Assembly (NCBI GenBank): GCA_022779465.1
Contig: JALFTB010000018.1
Span: forward strand, 8,773-72,772
Direction of reading: 5' to 3'
Length of the DNA stretch: 64,000 bases
DNA from: a bacterium
GTDB lineage: Bacteria; Bacillota_I; Bacilli_A; RF39; UBA660
Shown here piece by piece: positions 35,477-45,785 of this stretch (positions within the stretch are counted from its first letter, which is position 1; every line of letters starts with the position of its first letter). The position numbers and the translations under genes were made by a program. The notes under the pieces are model-generated. The model was not told where the DNA came from. It made no database searches and worked only from the letters and a program-made list of their open reading frames with translations.

Positions 35477-36995
35477 AAGAGTAAGAGAAAAAATTGTATT
35501 ACATCCTATAATGACTTTTTGTATTTTAATTTTACTGACTATTATAACTAGTGGTATTTTAACTTTATTTAATGTTAGTGCTTCTTATAATACTATTTCA
35601 ACTAATGGTTCTTATGTTAGACAATTTGTTTTTGTTGAGAATTTATTTAGTTTAAGTGGATTAAAATATATTTTTAGTAATGCAGTTTCTAATTTTGCTT
35701 CTTTTACACCGTTATCTATGCTTATTATTATTTTAATAGGTTTTGGAATAATGGATAAGAGTGGTTTTTTAGATTCTTTATTTTATATATTAACTAAAAA
35801 TGCTAATAAAAGAGTTGTAACATTTATATTATCTTTAATATGTGTTTTAGCTTCTATTGTTGGTGATTTAAGTTATATTGTATTAATTCCAACAGCTGCT
35901 TTATTATTTAAATATGGTAAGAGACATCCAAAAGCGGGTATTATTTGTGCTTTTGCTTCAATGTCATGTGGTATTGGAATTAATATATTTATGAATAGTA
36001 TTGATTCTAGTTTGTTATCATATACAACGTTAGCTGCTAGCATTTTTACAAGTAATTATAGTATAAGTGTATTTGCTTATGTATTAATTATGTTAATTGC
36101 TGCTGTTGTAGCTGCGTTAATTGTATCTGATGTAACTGAAAGAATAATTGTTCCTAGATTAGGACATTATGAATTAATGGATGAGAAAGAAGATTATTTA
36201 ACTAAAAGAGAAAAAAGAGGTTTAATTCTTTCTTTAGGAGCAGGTATTATATATTTATTAATATTTATATATAATATTATTCCTAATGCACCTTTAGGTG
36301 GTAATCTATTAGATTATAGTCAAACTTTATATATAGATAAGTTATTTGGTTATAATTCTTTCTTTAATCAAGGATTTGTATTTGTTGTTACATTGTTATT
36401 CTTTATATTAGGTTTAACTTATGGATTTGGATCTAAGAACTTTAAGAGTGGTAAAGAAGTTTGGGAATCTTTAAGTTATTCTTTAGATAAAATTGGTAAA
36501 GTATTAGTATTAATATTCTTTGCTTCTTCATTTATCTTTATATTTAAGAAGTCTAATATAGGTACTTTAGTTACTGCTAGTTTAGCTAGTGTTATTAGTG
36601 CAAGTGAATTTACTGGCCTACCTTTAATTTTATTATTGTTTATAGTTAGTGCTTTATCAACATTAGTTTTGCCAAGTAGTATAAGTAAGTGGGCTATATT
36701 AAGTGCATCTGCTGTTCCAGTATTTATGAATGCAGGATTATCTCCTGAATTTGCTACTGTTATTTTTAGAGCTGGTGAATGTTGTAGTTATGCATTAACT
36801 CCAGTAATGGCATATTTTGTAATTTATATTGCATTTATGGAATTGTATAGTACTGATGATCAAGAGGGTTTATTTGGTAATATTAAATATTTAATGCCAT
36901 ATAGTGGATTTATAACTATTATGTGGATAGTAATTCTTTTAGCTTTCTATTTAATTGCTTTACCTCTTGGTGTTGGGGCATATCCGGGATTATGA
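35463..36995 (+). CDS. AbgT-family transporter
   Basis: 510-aa polytopic protein. 'NFASFTPLSMLIIILIGFGIMDKSGFLDSLF' resembles the conserved AbgT/MtrF N-terminal region. Confidence 0.7.
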   Translation: MKRIRRVREKIVLHPIMTFCILILLTIITSGILTLFNVSASYNTISTNGSYVRQFVFVENLFSLSGLKYIFSNAVSNFASFTPLSMLIIILIGFGIMDKSGFLDSLFYILTKNANKRVVTFILSLICVLASIVGDLSYIVLIPTAALLFKYGKRHPKAGIICAFASMSCGIGINIFMNSIDSSLLSYTTLAASIFTSNYSISVFAYVLIMLIAAVVAALIVSDVTERIIVPRLGHYELMDEKEDYLTKREKRGLILSLGAGIIYLLIFIYNIIPNAPLGGNLLDYSQTLYIDKLFGYNSFFNQGFVFVVTLLFFILGLTYGFGSKNFKSGKEVWESLSYSLDKIGKVLVLIFFASSFIFIFKKSNIGTLVTASLASVISASEFTGLPLILLLFIVSALSTLVLPSSISKWAILSASAVPVFMNAGLSPEFATVIFRAGECCSYALTPVMAYFVIYIAFMELYSTDDQEGLFGNIKYLMPYSGFITIMWIVILLAFYLIALPLGVGAYPGL

Positions 36996-37636
36996 TAGTT
37001 AAAGGTTATTTATTTACATATTTATATTTAATTTTGTTATTATTAATAACAGATATTTTACATAAAAAATTTAATGTTTCAGAAATGATTACAAGAAAGA
37101 TTATACATATATGTGTGTCTTTTTGTTGGATTTTTTTATATGTTTATTTTAAGAATACAATACATATAATAATTCCGCCTATAACGTTTATTATTGTTAA
37201 TTATATTTCTTATAAGAAGAACTTGTTTAAAGGGATGGAAAATGATGATAATTCGATAGGAACGGTATTATATCCTGTTAGTGTTCTTATTATGTGTATT
37301 GTTACTTATTTTGAACCAAAATTTTATTTACCTTTTGGAATAGGATTATTTATAATGGCTTTTGGTGATGGATTGGCTCCATTAGTTGCTAAGAAAATTA
37401 AAAGTAAAGAGTTAATAAATGATAAAACTATTTCTGGGTCATTAACTGTGTTTGTAGTGTCAATACTTGTTATGTTAACATTTGATTTAGTATTTGATAT
37501 TAGTTTTAAATTATATCAATATGTAATTGTTGCAATTATAAGTACATTACTTGAATTAATTGGAACTAAGGGGTTAGATAATTTATATATACCTTTAGGA
37601 GTATCTATTGTTGTATATTTAATGGGAGTGTTGTAG
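36992..37636 (+). CDS. CTP-dependent polyprenol/phytol kinase-like membrane protein (SEC59/DGK1/VTE5 family)
   Basis: 'MAFGDGLAPLVAKKIKSKELINDKTISGSLTVF' matches the GDxxA...K(T/S)xEGS-type motif of dolichol/phytol kinases. Start ATG 36992 overlaps the abgT stop (ATGA). Confidence 0.7.
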   Translation: MIVKGYLFTYLYLILLLLITDILHKKFNVSEMITRKIIHICVSFCWIFLYVYFKNTIHIIIPPITFIIVNYISYKKNLFKGMENDDNSIGTVLYPVSVLIMCIVTYFEPKFYLPFGIGLFIMAFGDGLAPLVAKKIKSKELINDKTISGSLTVFVVSILVMLTFDLVFDISFKLYQYVIVAIISTLLELIGTKGLDNLYIPLGVSIVVYLMGVL

Positions 37637-38377
37637 ATGTATTTAGCTGTATTGTTACCGTCTATTTTTGCTTTATATGCTTTATATAAAAAGAAGCTTA
37701 CAAACCTAGCTGTGTTATGTGCATGGGTAATGGGTGTAGTGATAGCTTATTGTGGTGGCTTATTTCCGTTTTTTGCTTTAGCATTAACTTTTGTATTAAC
37801 TTTGTTAAGTGATAAGTTAAAAAAGGGTGAAAAAGATGAAAAAAGAAATGCCTACCAAATGATAAGTAATATTTTAACTTCTTTTGTTGCTATAGTATTA
37901 TTTTATGTTACTAAACAAGATGTTTTTTATGTAACATATTATGCCGTTATTGGAACTAGTTTAGCAGATACCTTAGCATCTTCTTTAGGTAGTTTATCTA
38001 CAAAGAAACCTGTTAATCCTTTAAATTTTAAAAAAATGAAAAAAGGAGAAAGTGGAGCTATTAGTTTTTTAGGAATAAATGCTTCAATTTTAGGTGGTAT
38101 TATTGTAGGACTTGTTTATTATTATGTTTCTTATAATGTTAAGATGTATTTATTTATTATACTTATGGCATTTGTTGGAACATATATTGATAGTATTTTA
38201 GGAGCTTTTTTCCAAGCTAAATATGAATGTAAAGTTTGCTATGAACAAGTTGAGGTAGATATACATTGTAAAAAGAATACTAAGCTTATAAAAGGTTATA
38301 AATGGATGACGAATGATACGGTTAATCTACTAAATAATATAAGTGTGTTTATAATTAGTTATTTAATATTAAAATAA
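37637..38377 (+). CDS. DUF92 (TMEM19/VTE6-like) membrane protein
   Basis: 'GTSLADTLASSLGSL...KKGESGAISFLGINASILGG' resembles the ADTxASExG...G(G/A)(V/I)S motif of DUF92. Starts immediately after the upstream stop. Confidence 0.65.
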   Translation: MYLAVLLPSIFALYALYKKKLTNLAVLCAWVMGVVIAYCGGLFPFFALALTFVLTLLSDKLKKGEKDEKRNAYQMISNILTSFVAIVLFYVTKQDVFYVTYYAVIGTSLADTLASSLGSLSTKKPVNPLNFKKMKKGESGAISFLGINASILGGIIVGLVYYYVSYNVKMYLFIILMAFVGTYIDSILGAFFQAKYECKVCYEQVEVDIHCKKNTKLIKGYKWMTNDTVNLLNNISVFIISYLILK

Positions 38378-38400
38378 AAAACTACGAAATGTAGTTTTTT
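38376..38400. terminator. bidirectional terminator
   Basis: AAAAAACTAC-GAAAT-GTAGTTTTTT hairpin between convergent genes. Confidence 0.7.
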
Positions 38401-38656
38401 ATTTTTCTCTATGATCAATAAGAAAATCATCTAGCTTTTTATTAAATATTATTGATATTTTATAAAGAAGAGTTAATGAACAATTCTTTTTATCATCATT
38501 AGGTGACTCTATTCTCTTTAAGTATTCTGGAGTAACACCTAATAATTCAGCTAAGTCCATTAATTTAATTCCTTTTTCTTTACGATAATATTTGATGTTA
38601 TAAGCAATAATAGATTTAAAATCTTCGTTATAATCATCTTTAAAATTTGTATTCAT
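38399..38656 (-). CDS. XRE-family HTH transcriptional regulator (small)
   Basis: 'YRKEKGIKLMDLAELLGVTPEYLKRIES' HTH_3 motif. 85 aa. Confidence 0.75.
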   Translation of the reverse strand: MNTNFKDDYNEDFKSIIAYNIKYYRKEKGIKLMDLAELLGVTPEYLKRIESPNDDKKNCSLTLLYKISIIFNKKLDDFLIDHREK

Positions 38657-38756
38657 TTAACTTCACCTATTTATATTGTTGCATAATCCTGAAAATAAAT
38701 AAGTAAACTTTTTGTCCTAATAAATTTTATATATTTTTAAAATAATGTATTTATTA

Positions 38757-38780
38757 ATATTGTATTATGTGATACAATAT
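38757..38780. promoter_or_regulatory. perfect 9-6-9 inverted repeat, candidate TetR operator overlapping a TACAAT -10
   Basis: ATATTGTAT-TATGTG-ATACAATAT, 24 nt upstream of the TetR-family gene start. Confidence 0.55.
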
Positions 38781-38803
38781 TTTTGTAATAGGGAGGAGTA
38801 GTT

Positions 38804-39409
38804 ATGCCAACAACTATAAAAATATCAAAACAAATGATATTAGATGCTGCTTTTGAAATAGCAAGAGAAAAAGGTGTTGATCAAATAAGTAATAGAGAAT
38901 TAGCTAAAATACTTAATTGTTCAATTAGACCTATTTATTATCAATTTAAAAATGTTGAAGAATTAAATAAAGAACTTAATGAAAAGATTGAAGAATATTT
39001 TTTTAGTTATTTAATTAATAATGTTATAGAAGGAATTCCTAAATATAAACAAATTGGAATTAATTATATAAAATTTGCGAAAAATGAACCTAAATTATAT
39101 ACTTATCTTTTTATGAGTGAATCAAAATTAGGAATTGAAAAGTTTGTCGGTAAAAATGATAGTAATTTTACTACACTTGAAGGTATTATTAGAAAAAGTA
39201 CTCAATTAAGTCATGAAGAAATTATGACATTTCATACTAAGATGTGGATATTTACTCATGGATTAGCAACACTTATTGCTTGTAAAACACTTGAATTAAC
39301 TGATAAAGATATAAGTGATTTATTATCTAGTGAATTTCAAGCACTTATGTTACTTGAAGAAAATCCAAATAATAAATGGGTTTTGAATAATTGGAAAGAG
39401 GAAAAATAA
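38804..39409 (+). CDS. TetR-family transcriptional regulator
   Basis: N-terminal HTH 'ISNRELAKILNCSIRPIYYQFKNVEEL'. GGGAGGAG RBS. Confidence 0.85.
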   Translation: MPTTIKISKQMILDAAFEIAREKGVDQISNRELAKILNCSIRPIYYQFKNVEELNKELNEKIEEYFFSYLINNVIEGIPKYKQIGINYIKFAKNEPKLYTYLFMSESKLGIEKFVGKNDSNFTTLEGIIRKSTQLSHEEIMTFHTKMWIFTHGLATLIACKTLELTDKDISDLLSSEFQALMLLEENPNNKWVLNNWKEEK

Positions 39410-39410
39410 T

Positions 39411-40124
39411 ATGATAGAAATTAAAAATGTTAGTAAGAGTTATGATGGCAAAGTAAAAGCTTTAAATGATATTAGTTTTAAGATTGATAATGGGGAAATA
39501 TTTGCATTTATTGGACATAATGGTGCTGGTAAAACTACTATGATAAAGTCTTTAGTAGGAATATTAGATTTTGATAGTGGAGATATTTTAATTAATGGTA
39601 AATCTATAAAAAAAGAACCTATTGAATGTAAAAGAGAAATGGCTTATGTTCCAGATAATCCTGATTTATATGAGAATATGACTGGGTTAGATTTTATTAA
39701 TTTTATATGTGATATATATGATGTATCTTTAGAAGATAGAAAAGTAAATATTGAAAAATATTCTAAAATGTTTGAAATGGATGGTAAATTAGGTTCTGAT
39801 ATTTCAAGTTTCTCTCATGGTATGAAACAAAAAGTAGCTTTAATTGCGGCACTTAGTCATAATCCTGATGTCTTAATTATGGATGAGCCTTTTGTTGGAC
39901 TTGATCCAAAAGCAGTTTTTGATATGAAAGAAGTAATGCATAAAATGGCTAAAGAGGGTAAAACTATCTTCTTTTCCACACATATTTTAGATGTTGCAGA
40001 AAAGTTATGTGATAGAGTAGCAATAATTAAAAAAGGTGAAATTGTTAAAATAGGTAAAATGAAAGATATTAAGGGTGATGAATCTTTAGAACAAGTATTT
40101 CTTGAGTTAGGAGATAATCAATAA
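39411..40124 (+). CDS. ABC transporter ATP-binding protein
   Basis: 'GHNGAGKTT', 'SHGMKQKVALIAAL' and 'LIMDEPFVGLD'. Confidence 0.92.
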   Translation: MIEIKNVSKSYDGKVKALNDISFKIDNGEIFAFIGHNGAGKTTMIKSLVGILDFDSGDILINGKSIKKEPIECKREMAYVPDNPDLYENMTGLDFINFICDIYDVSLEDRKVNIEKYSKMFEMDGKLGSDISSFSHGMKQKVALIAALSHNPDVLIMDEPFVGLDPKAVFDMKEVMHKMAKEGKTIFFSTHILDVAEKLCDRVAIIKKGEIVKIGKMKDIKGDESLEQVFLELGDNQ

Positions 40125-41722
40125 TGAAAACATATTCTTTAATCAAAGCTGTTCTTAGTCAAGATATGAATATGTTTAATTATTCAGCAAAAAGAAATTC
40201 TAGTAAATTTGTAAAAACTATATTACCAATTATATTATTTTTAATTGTTGCACTTGGAATTGGAACATATGCCTATATGTTAGGAAAAGCTTTACATGAA
40301 GTTCATCTTACTTATATAATGCTGACAATGTTTTTATTCCTTGTTACTGTTTTAACTTTTATAGAAGGTATTTATAAATCTCAAGGTATTTTATTTGAAG
40401 CTAAAGATAATGATTTGTTATTTTCATTGCCAATATCAAAATCTAAAATTTTATTTTTAAGAATTTTTAAATTATTATTATTTGAATATATTTATAACTT
40501 GATGTTTTTGTTACCAGCTTTTATAATTTATATTTATTTTGAACATCCAGGAATTAGTTTTTATTTATTATCATTTTTGATGACAATATTGCTACCAATT
40601 ATTCCAACTATTATATCTAGTTTTTTAGGGTATTTAGTTAAGATGTTTTCTAGTAAATCTAGATTTAAAAAGATAATACAAACTGTACTATCATTAGTCT
40701 TATTTTTTGTGATTTATATTGGAAGTATAAAATTAGAAGGCTTTGTTCAAAATATTGCAAGTAAAGCAGTAAGTATCAATGATATGCTAGTTAAAATTTA
40801 TTATCCAATAGGTGCTTATGTTAATTTAATTAATCATTTTGATATTTTAACTTTTTTAAAATTATTGTTAATAAATATTATTCCATTTATGTTATTCATT
40901 TATATTGGAGCTAAATATTATTTTAAAATTATATCTAATGAGAAAAGTGGTAATACAAAAGTAAGATTTAAAAAAGAAAAATTTGTTAAAAATAGTCCTT
41001 TAATTGCTTTGGTGAAAAAAGAGTTAAAAAGATATTTTTCTTCCCCGGTTTATATGCTTAATACTTCAATAGGTTTGGTTATTGTTCTTATTGTTACAAT
41101 AGCAATGGCCGTAAAGGGAAGCAGTGTTTTTGAACTAATATTGAAAGATTATGGTTATACTGGTGGTTTATCTATTGAGGTTTTATATTATTTCTTAATG
41201 ATATTTGCTGCCTCTTTAACTTCTATTACGTCTTCTTGTATTTCTTTAGAAGGAAAAACTATTAATATTACTAAAAGTTTACCTGTTAGTGAAAAAGCAA
41301 TTATGAGATCTAAATTAATATATCCATATATTATTGAATTACCATTTATATTAATTAGTGAATTTATTTTCTTTATAGTTTTTAAACCAAGTGTTTTTTA
41401 TATTATTGTTATTATTTTATGTAGTTTATTATCAATATTATTATCATCAAGTATAGGTTTATTTATTAATTTGAAATATCCGAAGATGAATGCGATGAAT
41501 GACACTGAGGTTGTTAAACAGAGTATGAGTTCAATGTTATCAGTATTTATGGGAATGATTGTGTTTTTTGGTAGTATTTTTGGTTATGGGTTATTGATAG
41601 ATAAAATTAATTCGAAAATGTTACTTTGTTTTAATTTATTAGTAATTAGTTTACTTGATGTTTTGTTTTACTATTTGATTATTAAAGTTGGAACTAAAGA
41701 TTATAAAAATTTAAATGTATAG
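40124..41722 (+). CDS. polytopic membrane protein, putative ABC exporter permease partner
   Basis: 532 aa with many TM spans. Start overlaps the ATPase stop. Confidence 0.65.
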   Translation: MKTYSLIKAVLSQDMNMFNYSAKRNSSKFVKTILPIILFLIVALGIGTYAYMLGKALHEVHLTYIMLTMFLFLVTVLTFIEGIYKSQGILFEAKDNDLLFSLPISKSKILFLRIFKLLLFEYIYNLMFLLPAFIIYIYFEHPGISFYLLSFLMTILLPIIPTIISSFLGYLVKMFSSKSRFKKIIQTVLSLVLFFVIYIGSIKLEGFVQNIASKAVSINDMLVKIYYPIGAYVNLINHFDILTFLKLLLINIIPFMLFIYIGAKYYFKIISNEKSGNTKVRFKKEKFVKNSPLIALVKKELKRYFSSPVYMLNTSIGLVIVLIVTIAMAVKGSSVFELILKDYGYTGGLSIEVLYYFLMIFAASLTSITSSCISLEGKTINITKSLPVSEKAIMRSKLIYPYIIELPFILISEFIFFIVFKPSVFYIIVIILCSLLSILLSSSIGLFINLKYPKMNAMNDTEVVKQSMSSMLSVFMGMIVFFGSIFGYGLLIDKINSKMLLCFNLLVISLLDVLFYYLIIKVGTKDYKNLNV

Positions 41723-41734
41723 AAAGAGGTATTT

Positions 41735-42673
41735 ATGACAAATGTTATTGAAGTTAAAAATTTAACTAAATGTTATAAAAATTTAAAAGCTGTTGATGAC
41801 TTATCTTTTAATGTTAAAAAGGGTGAAATATTGGGATTACTTGGGCCTAATGGAAGTGGTAAATCAACAACTATTAATTGTTTACTTTCTTTACTTAAAT
41901 ATCAAAATGGGAATATTAAAATATTCGGAAAAGAAATGAATGTTGATTCTTATGATATTAAAAGTAAGATTGGAGTTATATTTCAAGAGATTGCCGTATT
42001 TGATGAATTAAACGTTTATGATAATATTGATTATTTTTGTGGCTTATATATAACTGATAAAGATAAACGTAAGAAATATGTTAAGGATGCGATTGATTTA
42101 GTTGGTCTTAATGATTTTGTTAAATTTTATCCTAAACAATTATCTGGTGGTTTACTTAGAAGATTAAATATAGCTTGTGGAATAGCACATAAACCAAGTT
42201 TAATATTTTTAGATGAACCTACTGTAGCAGTTGATCCTCAAAGTAGAAATAATATTTTAGATGGAATTAAAAAGTTGAGAGATGAGGGAGCTACAATTGT
42301 TTATACAACACATTATATGGAAGAAGTTGAAATACTTTGTGACAGAATTATCATTTTAGATAAAGGTAAGATAATAGCAGAAGGAACATCTGATGAATTA
42401 AAAGAAAAAGCTAATATAGAAGAAAAAATAACAGTAGAATTAAATAAAATAAGTGAAAAAGAAATAAAAGAAATAAAAGAATTTAAAACAGTTGATGATA
42501 TTAATTATGGTAATGGTATTTTAGTTATTAAATATAAGAAAGGTAAAAATAATTTAGGAGATTTAATAGATTATTTTAATAGTAAAAAGATTAAATATAA
42601 TAAAATATTCTCAGAAAGACCAACATTAAATGATGTATTCTTAGAACTAACTGGAAAGGAATTAAGGGATTAA
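41735..42673 (+). CDS. ABC transporter ATP-binding protein (ABC-2 type, with C-terminal extension)
   Basis: 'GPNGSGKST', 'LSGGLLRRLNIACGI' and 'IFLDEPTVAVD'. Confidence 0.92.
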   Translation: MTNVIEVKNLTKCYKNLKAVDDLSFNVKKGEILGLLGPNGSGKSTTINCLLSLLKYQNGNIKIFGKEMNVDSYDIKSKIGVIFQEIAVFDELNVYDNIDYFCGLYITDKDKRKKYVKDAIDLVGLNDFVKFYPKQLSGGLLRRLNIACGIAHKPSLIFLDEPTVAVDPQSRNNILDGIKKLRDEGATIVYTTHYMEEVEILCDRIIILDKGKIIAEGTSDELKEKANIEEKITVELNKISEKEIKEIKEFKTVDDINYGNGILVIKYKKGKNNLGDLIDYFNSKKIKYNKIFSERPTLNDVFLELTGKELRD

Positions 42674-43836
42674 TGTTTTGGCATAATTTTGTTTATTCTT
42701 TAAAAACTTTATTTAAGAGTAAATCATTAATATTTTGGACTTTTGTTTTTCCAATATTGCTTGGTACTTTCTTTAAATTAGCGTTTTCAAATATTGAAAA
42801 AAATGAAGTTTTAGAAGTTTTTAATATTGCAGTTGTTGATAATGAAGAATTTAAAAGAGATGAGTTTTTTAATGAATCATTAAAAAGTTTAAGCACTGGT
42901 GAAAATAGGATATTTAATGTTAGTTATTTAGATCAAAAGAAAAGTGAAAAATTACTTGATGATAATAAGATAACTGGTTATTTATTATTTACTGGTGATG
43001 ATATTAAAATTAATGTTAATAATAGTGGAATTAATGAAACTGTTTTAAGATATGTAGTTGATGAAATTAATAGTGAAAAGACTATTATAAATAATATTAT
43101 TAAAGATAAAGTTAGTAATAGTTATGAAGTAGATTATGGAAAAATTTATGATGAAGTTTTAAATATTGTTAATAATGATAATGAAGTAAAACTTAATAAT
43201 GTTTCTAATAAAAATTTAAGTTATACAATGGTTGAGTTTTATTCTTTAATAGCAATGGCATGTTTATATGGTAGTATGCTTTCGATGTATATTATTAATT
43301 ATAAATTACCGGATATGAAAAGTGTTGGTAAGAGAATTTTTATTTCACCTATAAGTAAAAGTAAAACGGTTATTAGTAGTTTACTTGCTAGTTATGTGGT
43401 ACAAATTATAGGGATAGCTTTATTATTTTTATATACTATATTTATTTTAAATGTTGATTATGGCAATACGCTTTATTTAAGCATAATTTTAGCTCTTGTA
43501 GGCTCTTTATCAGGATTATCTTTAGGATTAATGGTTGCAACATCAATTAAGGCTAATGAAGGCTCTAAAGTAGGTATTTTAATATCTATTACAATGCTGT
43601 GTTGTTTCTTGTCGGGGATGATGGGTGTAGGAATGAAGTATGTTATAGATACTAATGCATCATTTTTAAATAAGATTAATCCAGTTGCAATGATTACAGA
43701 TGGTTTTTATAGTTTATATTATTACGATACTTTAAGCAGATATTATTTTGATTTAATTAGTCTATTAGTATTTTCTTTAATATTAATTATTATATCTATA
43801 TTAGCATTAAGGAGACAGAAGTATGACAGTATTTAA
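42673..43836 (+). CDS. ABC-2 family permease
   Basis: N-terminal TM, large extracytoplasmic loop, then five C-terminal TM spans. Coupled to the upstream ATPase. Confidence 0.75.
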   Translation: MFWHNFVYSLKTLFKSKSLIFWTFVFPILLGTFFKLAFSNIEKNEVLEVFNIAVVDNEEFKRDEFFNESLKSLSTGENRIFNVSYLDQKKSEKLLDDNKITGYLLFTGDDIKINVNNSGINETVLRYVVDEINSEKTIINNIIKDKVSNSYEVDYGKIYDEVLNIVNNDNEVKLNNVSNKNLSYTMVEFYSLIAMACLYGSMLSMYIINYKLPDMKSVGKRIFISPISKSKTVISSLLASYVVQIIGIALLFLYTIFILNVDYGNTLYLSIILALVGSLSGLSLGLMVATSIKANEGSKVGILISITMLCCFLSGMMGVGMKYVIDTNASFLNKINPVAMITDGFYSLYYYDTLSRYYFDLISLLVFSLILIIISILALRRQKYDSI

Positions 43837-44965
43837 GACTTTTTGGAAAATAGTAAATAAATATAAGGGAACTATTATTTTATATACAGTTATGTTAATT
43901 GGTTTTGGTGCTATAAATATGAATTCTGGTGATGTTAATATGACATTTACGGATACAAAACCAGATATTGTAATTGTTAATCATGATGTAAATATAGGTT
44001 TAACTGAGAATCTAATAGATTATTTAAAAGATAATGCTAATGTTAAAGTGTTTGGTAGTGAAGAAGAAATTAATGATGCTTTATTTTATAGAGATATATC
44101 TTATGTTATTTATATACAAGAAGGATATAGAAGAAATGTATTAAATGGAGAAAATCCAAGTATTGATATAAAAACAAATGGTACTTATGATTCTTCTTTA
44201 ACAGAAATGATGTTAGAAAGATATGTTAAAACTCAAAATACTTTTAGAAAGCTTTATGATGATGAAAAAACGATAATAAAGAATATTAATGATAGTTTAA
44301 GTAAGAAATCTGAGATGCTCATTAATTCCAAGTTAGATGCGGGAGAAATGAGTAATATATCATTTTATTATAGTTTTGCTAGTTATAGTATAATGGCAGT
44401 AGTTATTTACATAGTATGCTTAGTATTAGGAAGCTTTAATAAAGAATACGTTAATAAAAGAATTATTATAAGTGAGATGGATTATAAGAAACATAATTGG
44501 TTATTGTTAATTTCTAGTTTTGGGTATGGCTTGCTTGTTTGGATTCTTTATAATTTAATTGGAGTAATGATTCTTGGCAAAACGGTATTTACTTTAAATG
44601 GATTATGGTATGTTATTAATTCATTTGTATTTACACTTTGTTCACTTACTATGGCTTTGTTTATAAGTAGTTTGGTAAGTAATAAAAATGCGATTGCTGG
44701 AGTAGTTAACGTGGTAGCACTAGGATCTGCTTTCTTATGCGGAGCATTTATTCCGATGAGTATGCTTCCAGATGGAGTTTTAAAGTTTGCTCATGTCTTA
44801 CCTTCTTATTGGTATATTAAATCTAATGAATTATTAAAGACTATGGAAATATTTGATTTAACAAATTTGAAACCAATTTTGTTAAATTTGGGAATGCTTT
44901 TGTTGTTTTCTGTAATTTTTATAATTTTAAATAATTATGTAACTCGAAAGAAAAGAAGTATTTAG
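43823..44965 (+). CDS. ABC-2 family permease
   Basis: Same topology as the preceding gene, which it overlaps by 14 nt. Confidence 0.75.
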   Translation: MTVFKTFWKIVNKYKGTIILYTVMLIGFGAINMNSGDVNMTFTDTKPDIVIVNHDVNIGLTENLIDYLKDNANVKVFGSEEEINDALFYRDISYVIYIQEGYRRNVLNGENPSIDIKTNGTYDSSLTEMMLERYVKTQNTFRKLYDDEKTIIKNINDSLSKKSEMLINSKLDAGEMSNISFYYSFASYSIMAVVIYIVCLVLGSFNKEYVNKRIIISEMDYKKHNWLLLISSFGYGLLVWILYNLIGVMILGKTVFTLNGLWYVINSFVFTLCSLTMALFISSLVSNKNAIAGVVNVVALGSAFLCGAFIPMSMLPDGVLKFAHVLPSYWYIKSNELLKTMEIFDLTNLKPILLNLGMLLLFSVIFIILNNYVTRKKRSI

Positions 44966-45020
44966 AGACACCTTTTATTAGGTGTTTTCTTTTGTTATAA
45001 TTGGGATAGAGGTGATATTT

Positions 45021-45785
45021 ATGAGAATGGTAGATATTATGTATAAGTACGTTAATAGATTTATTAATGCCGATGATGTGCTTAAATTAATGGATGAGTT
45101 AGAAGGATATTCTAAAGATGATGAGGAAAATATTGAAAACACTAAATTGGAAATTAAAAAAATTATAGAATCTGTTCCTAACGAAGAAGATGAAACTGAA
45201 AGAAAAAGAAAAGAGACTATAAATCATTTTCTTGAAAAGATAAAAAATGCAAAGATAGATAATGAAAAGATTCAAGCAAAAATAGATAAGAAAAAAGAAG
45301 AACTTCAAAGTGATTTGTTGCTAGTTAAAGATGGCGGAGAAAAATATAAACAAATTTTTAACAAATTAACTCATAATGAAATTGTCAATAGAGAAGCTAC
45401 GGCGATGGATGCTAAAGATTTACTTGAATTTATAACTCATTATATAAGTGTTCCATGTCCACCACAAATTGATCAAGAAGCTTTTGATGATATGGTTGAA
45501 GTTGGTATCAAAGAAGATAAAAGAGAAGCTTTATGGAGACTTGCTTTCAATTATGATTTTAAAGGTATGAACTTTAATAGAATTGTAGATTATTTTATTT
45601 TAAAAAGAGATGTTTATTATTTGATGGAACTAGTTTGCGCTGTTCAAGAATCACTAGATATGGATTATTTAATAAATAAAGTCATTGAAACCAATGATAA
45701 AGTTTTTATAAATAAAATAATAGAAGATAATAAAAATTTAGATAGAATTGAAGATAAACATTTGGAGATGTTAAAGAATGCTTAA
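45021..45785 (+). CDS. hypothetical protein
   Basis: AGAGGTGA RBS before ATG 45021. K/E-rich coiled region, then a helical C-terminal domain. No recognisable motif. Confidence 0.6.
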   Translation: MRMVDIMYKYVNRFINADDVLKLMDELEGYSKDDEENIENTKLEIKKIIESVPNEEDETERKRKETINHFLEKIKNAKIDNEKIQAKIDKKKEELQSDLLLVKDGGEKYKQIFNKLTHNEIVNREATAMDAKDLLEFITHYISVPCPPQIDQEAFDDMVEVGIKEDKREALWRLAFNYDFKGMNFNRIVDYFILKRDVYYLMELVCAVQESLDMDYLINKVIETNDKVFINKIIEDNKNLDRIEDKHLEMLKNA

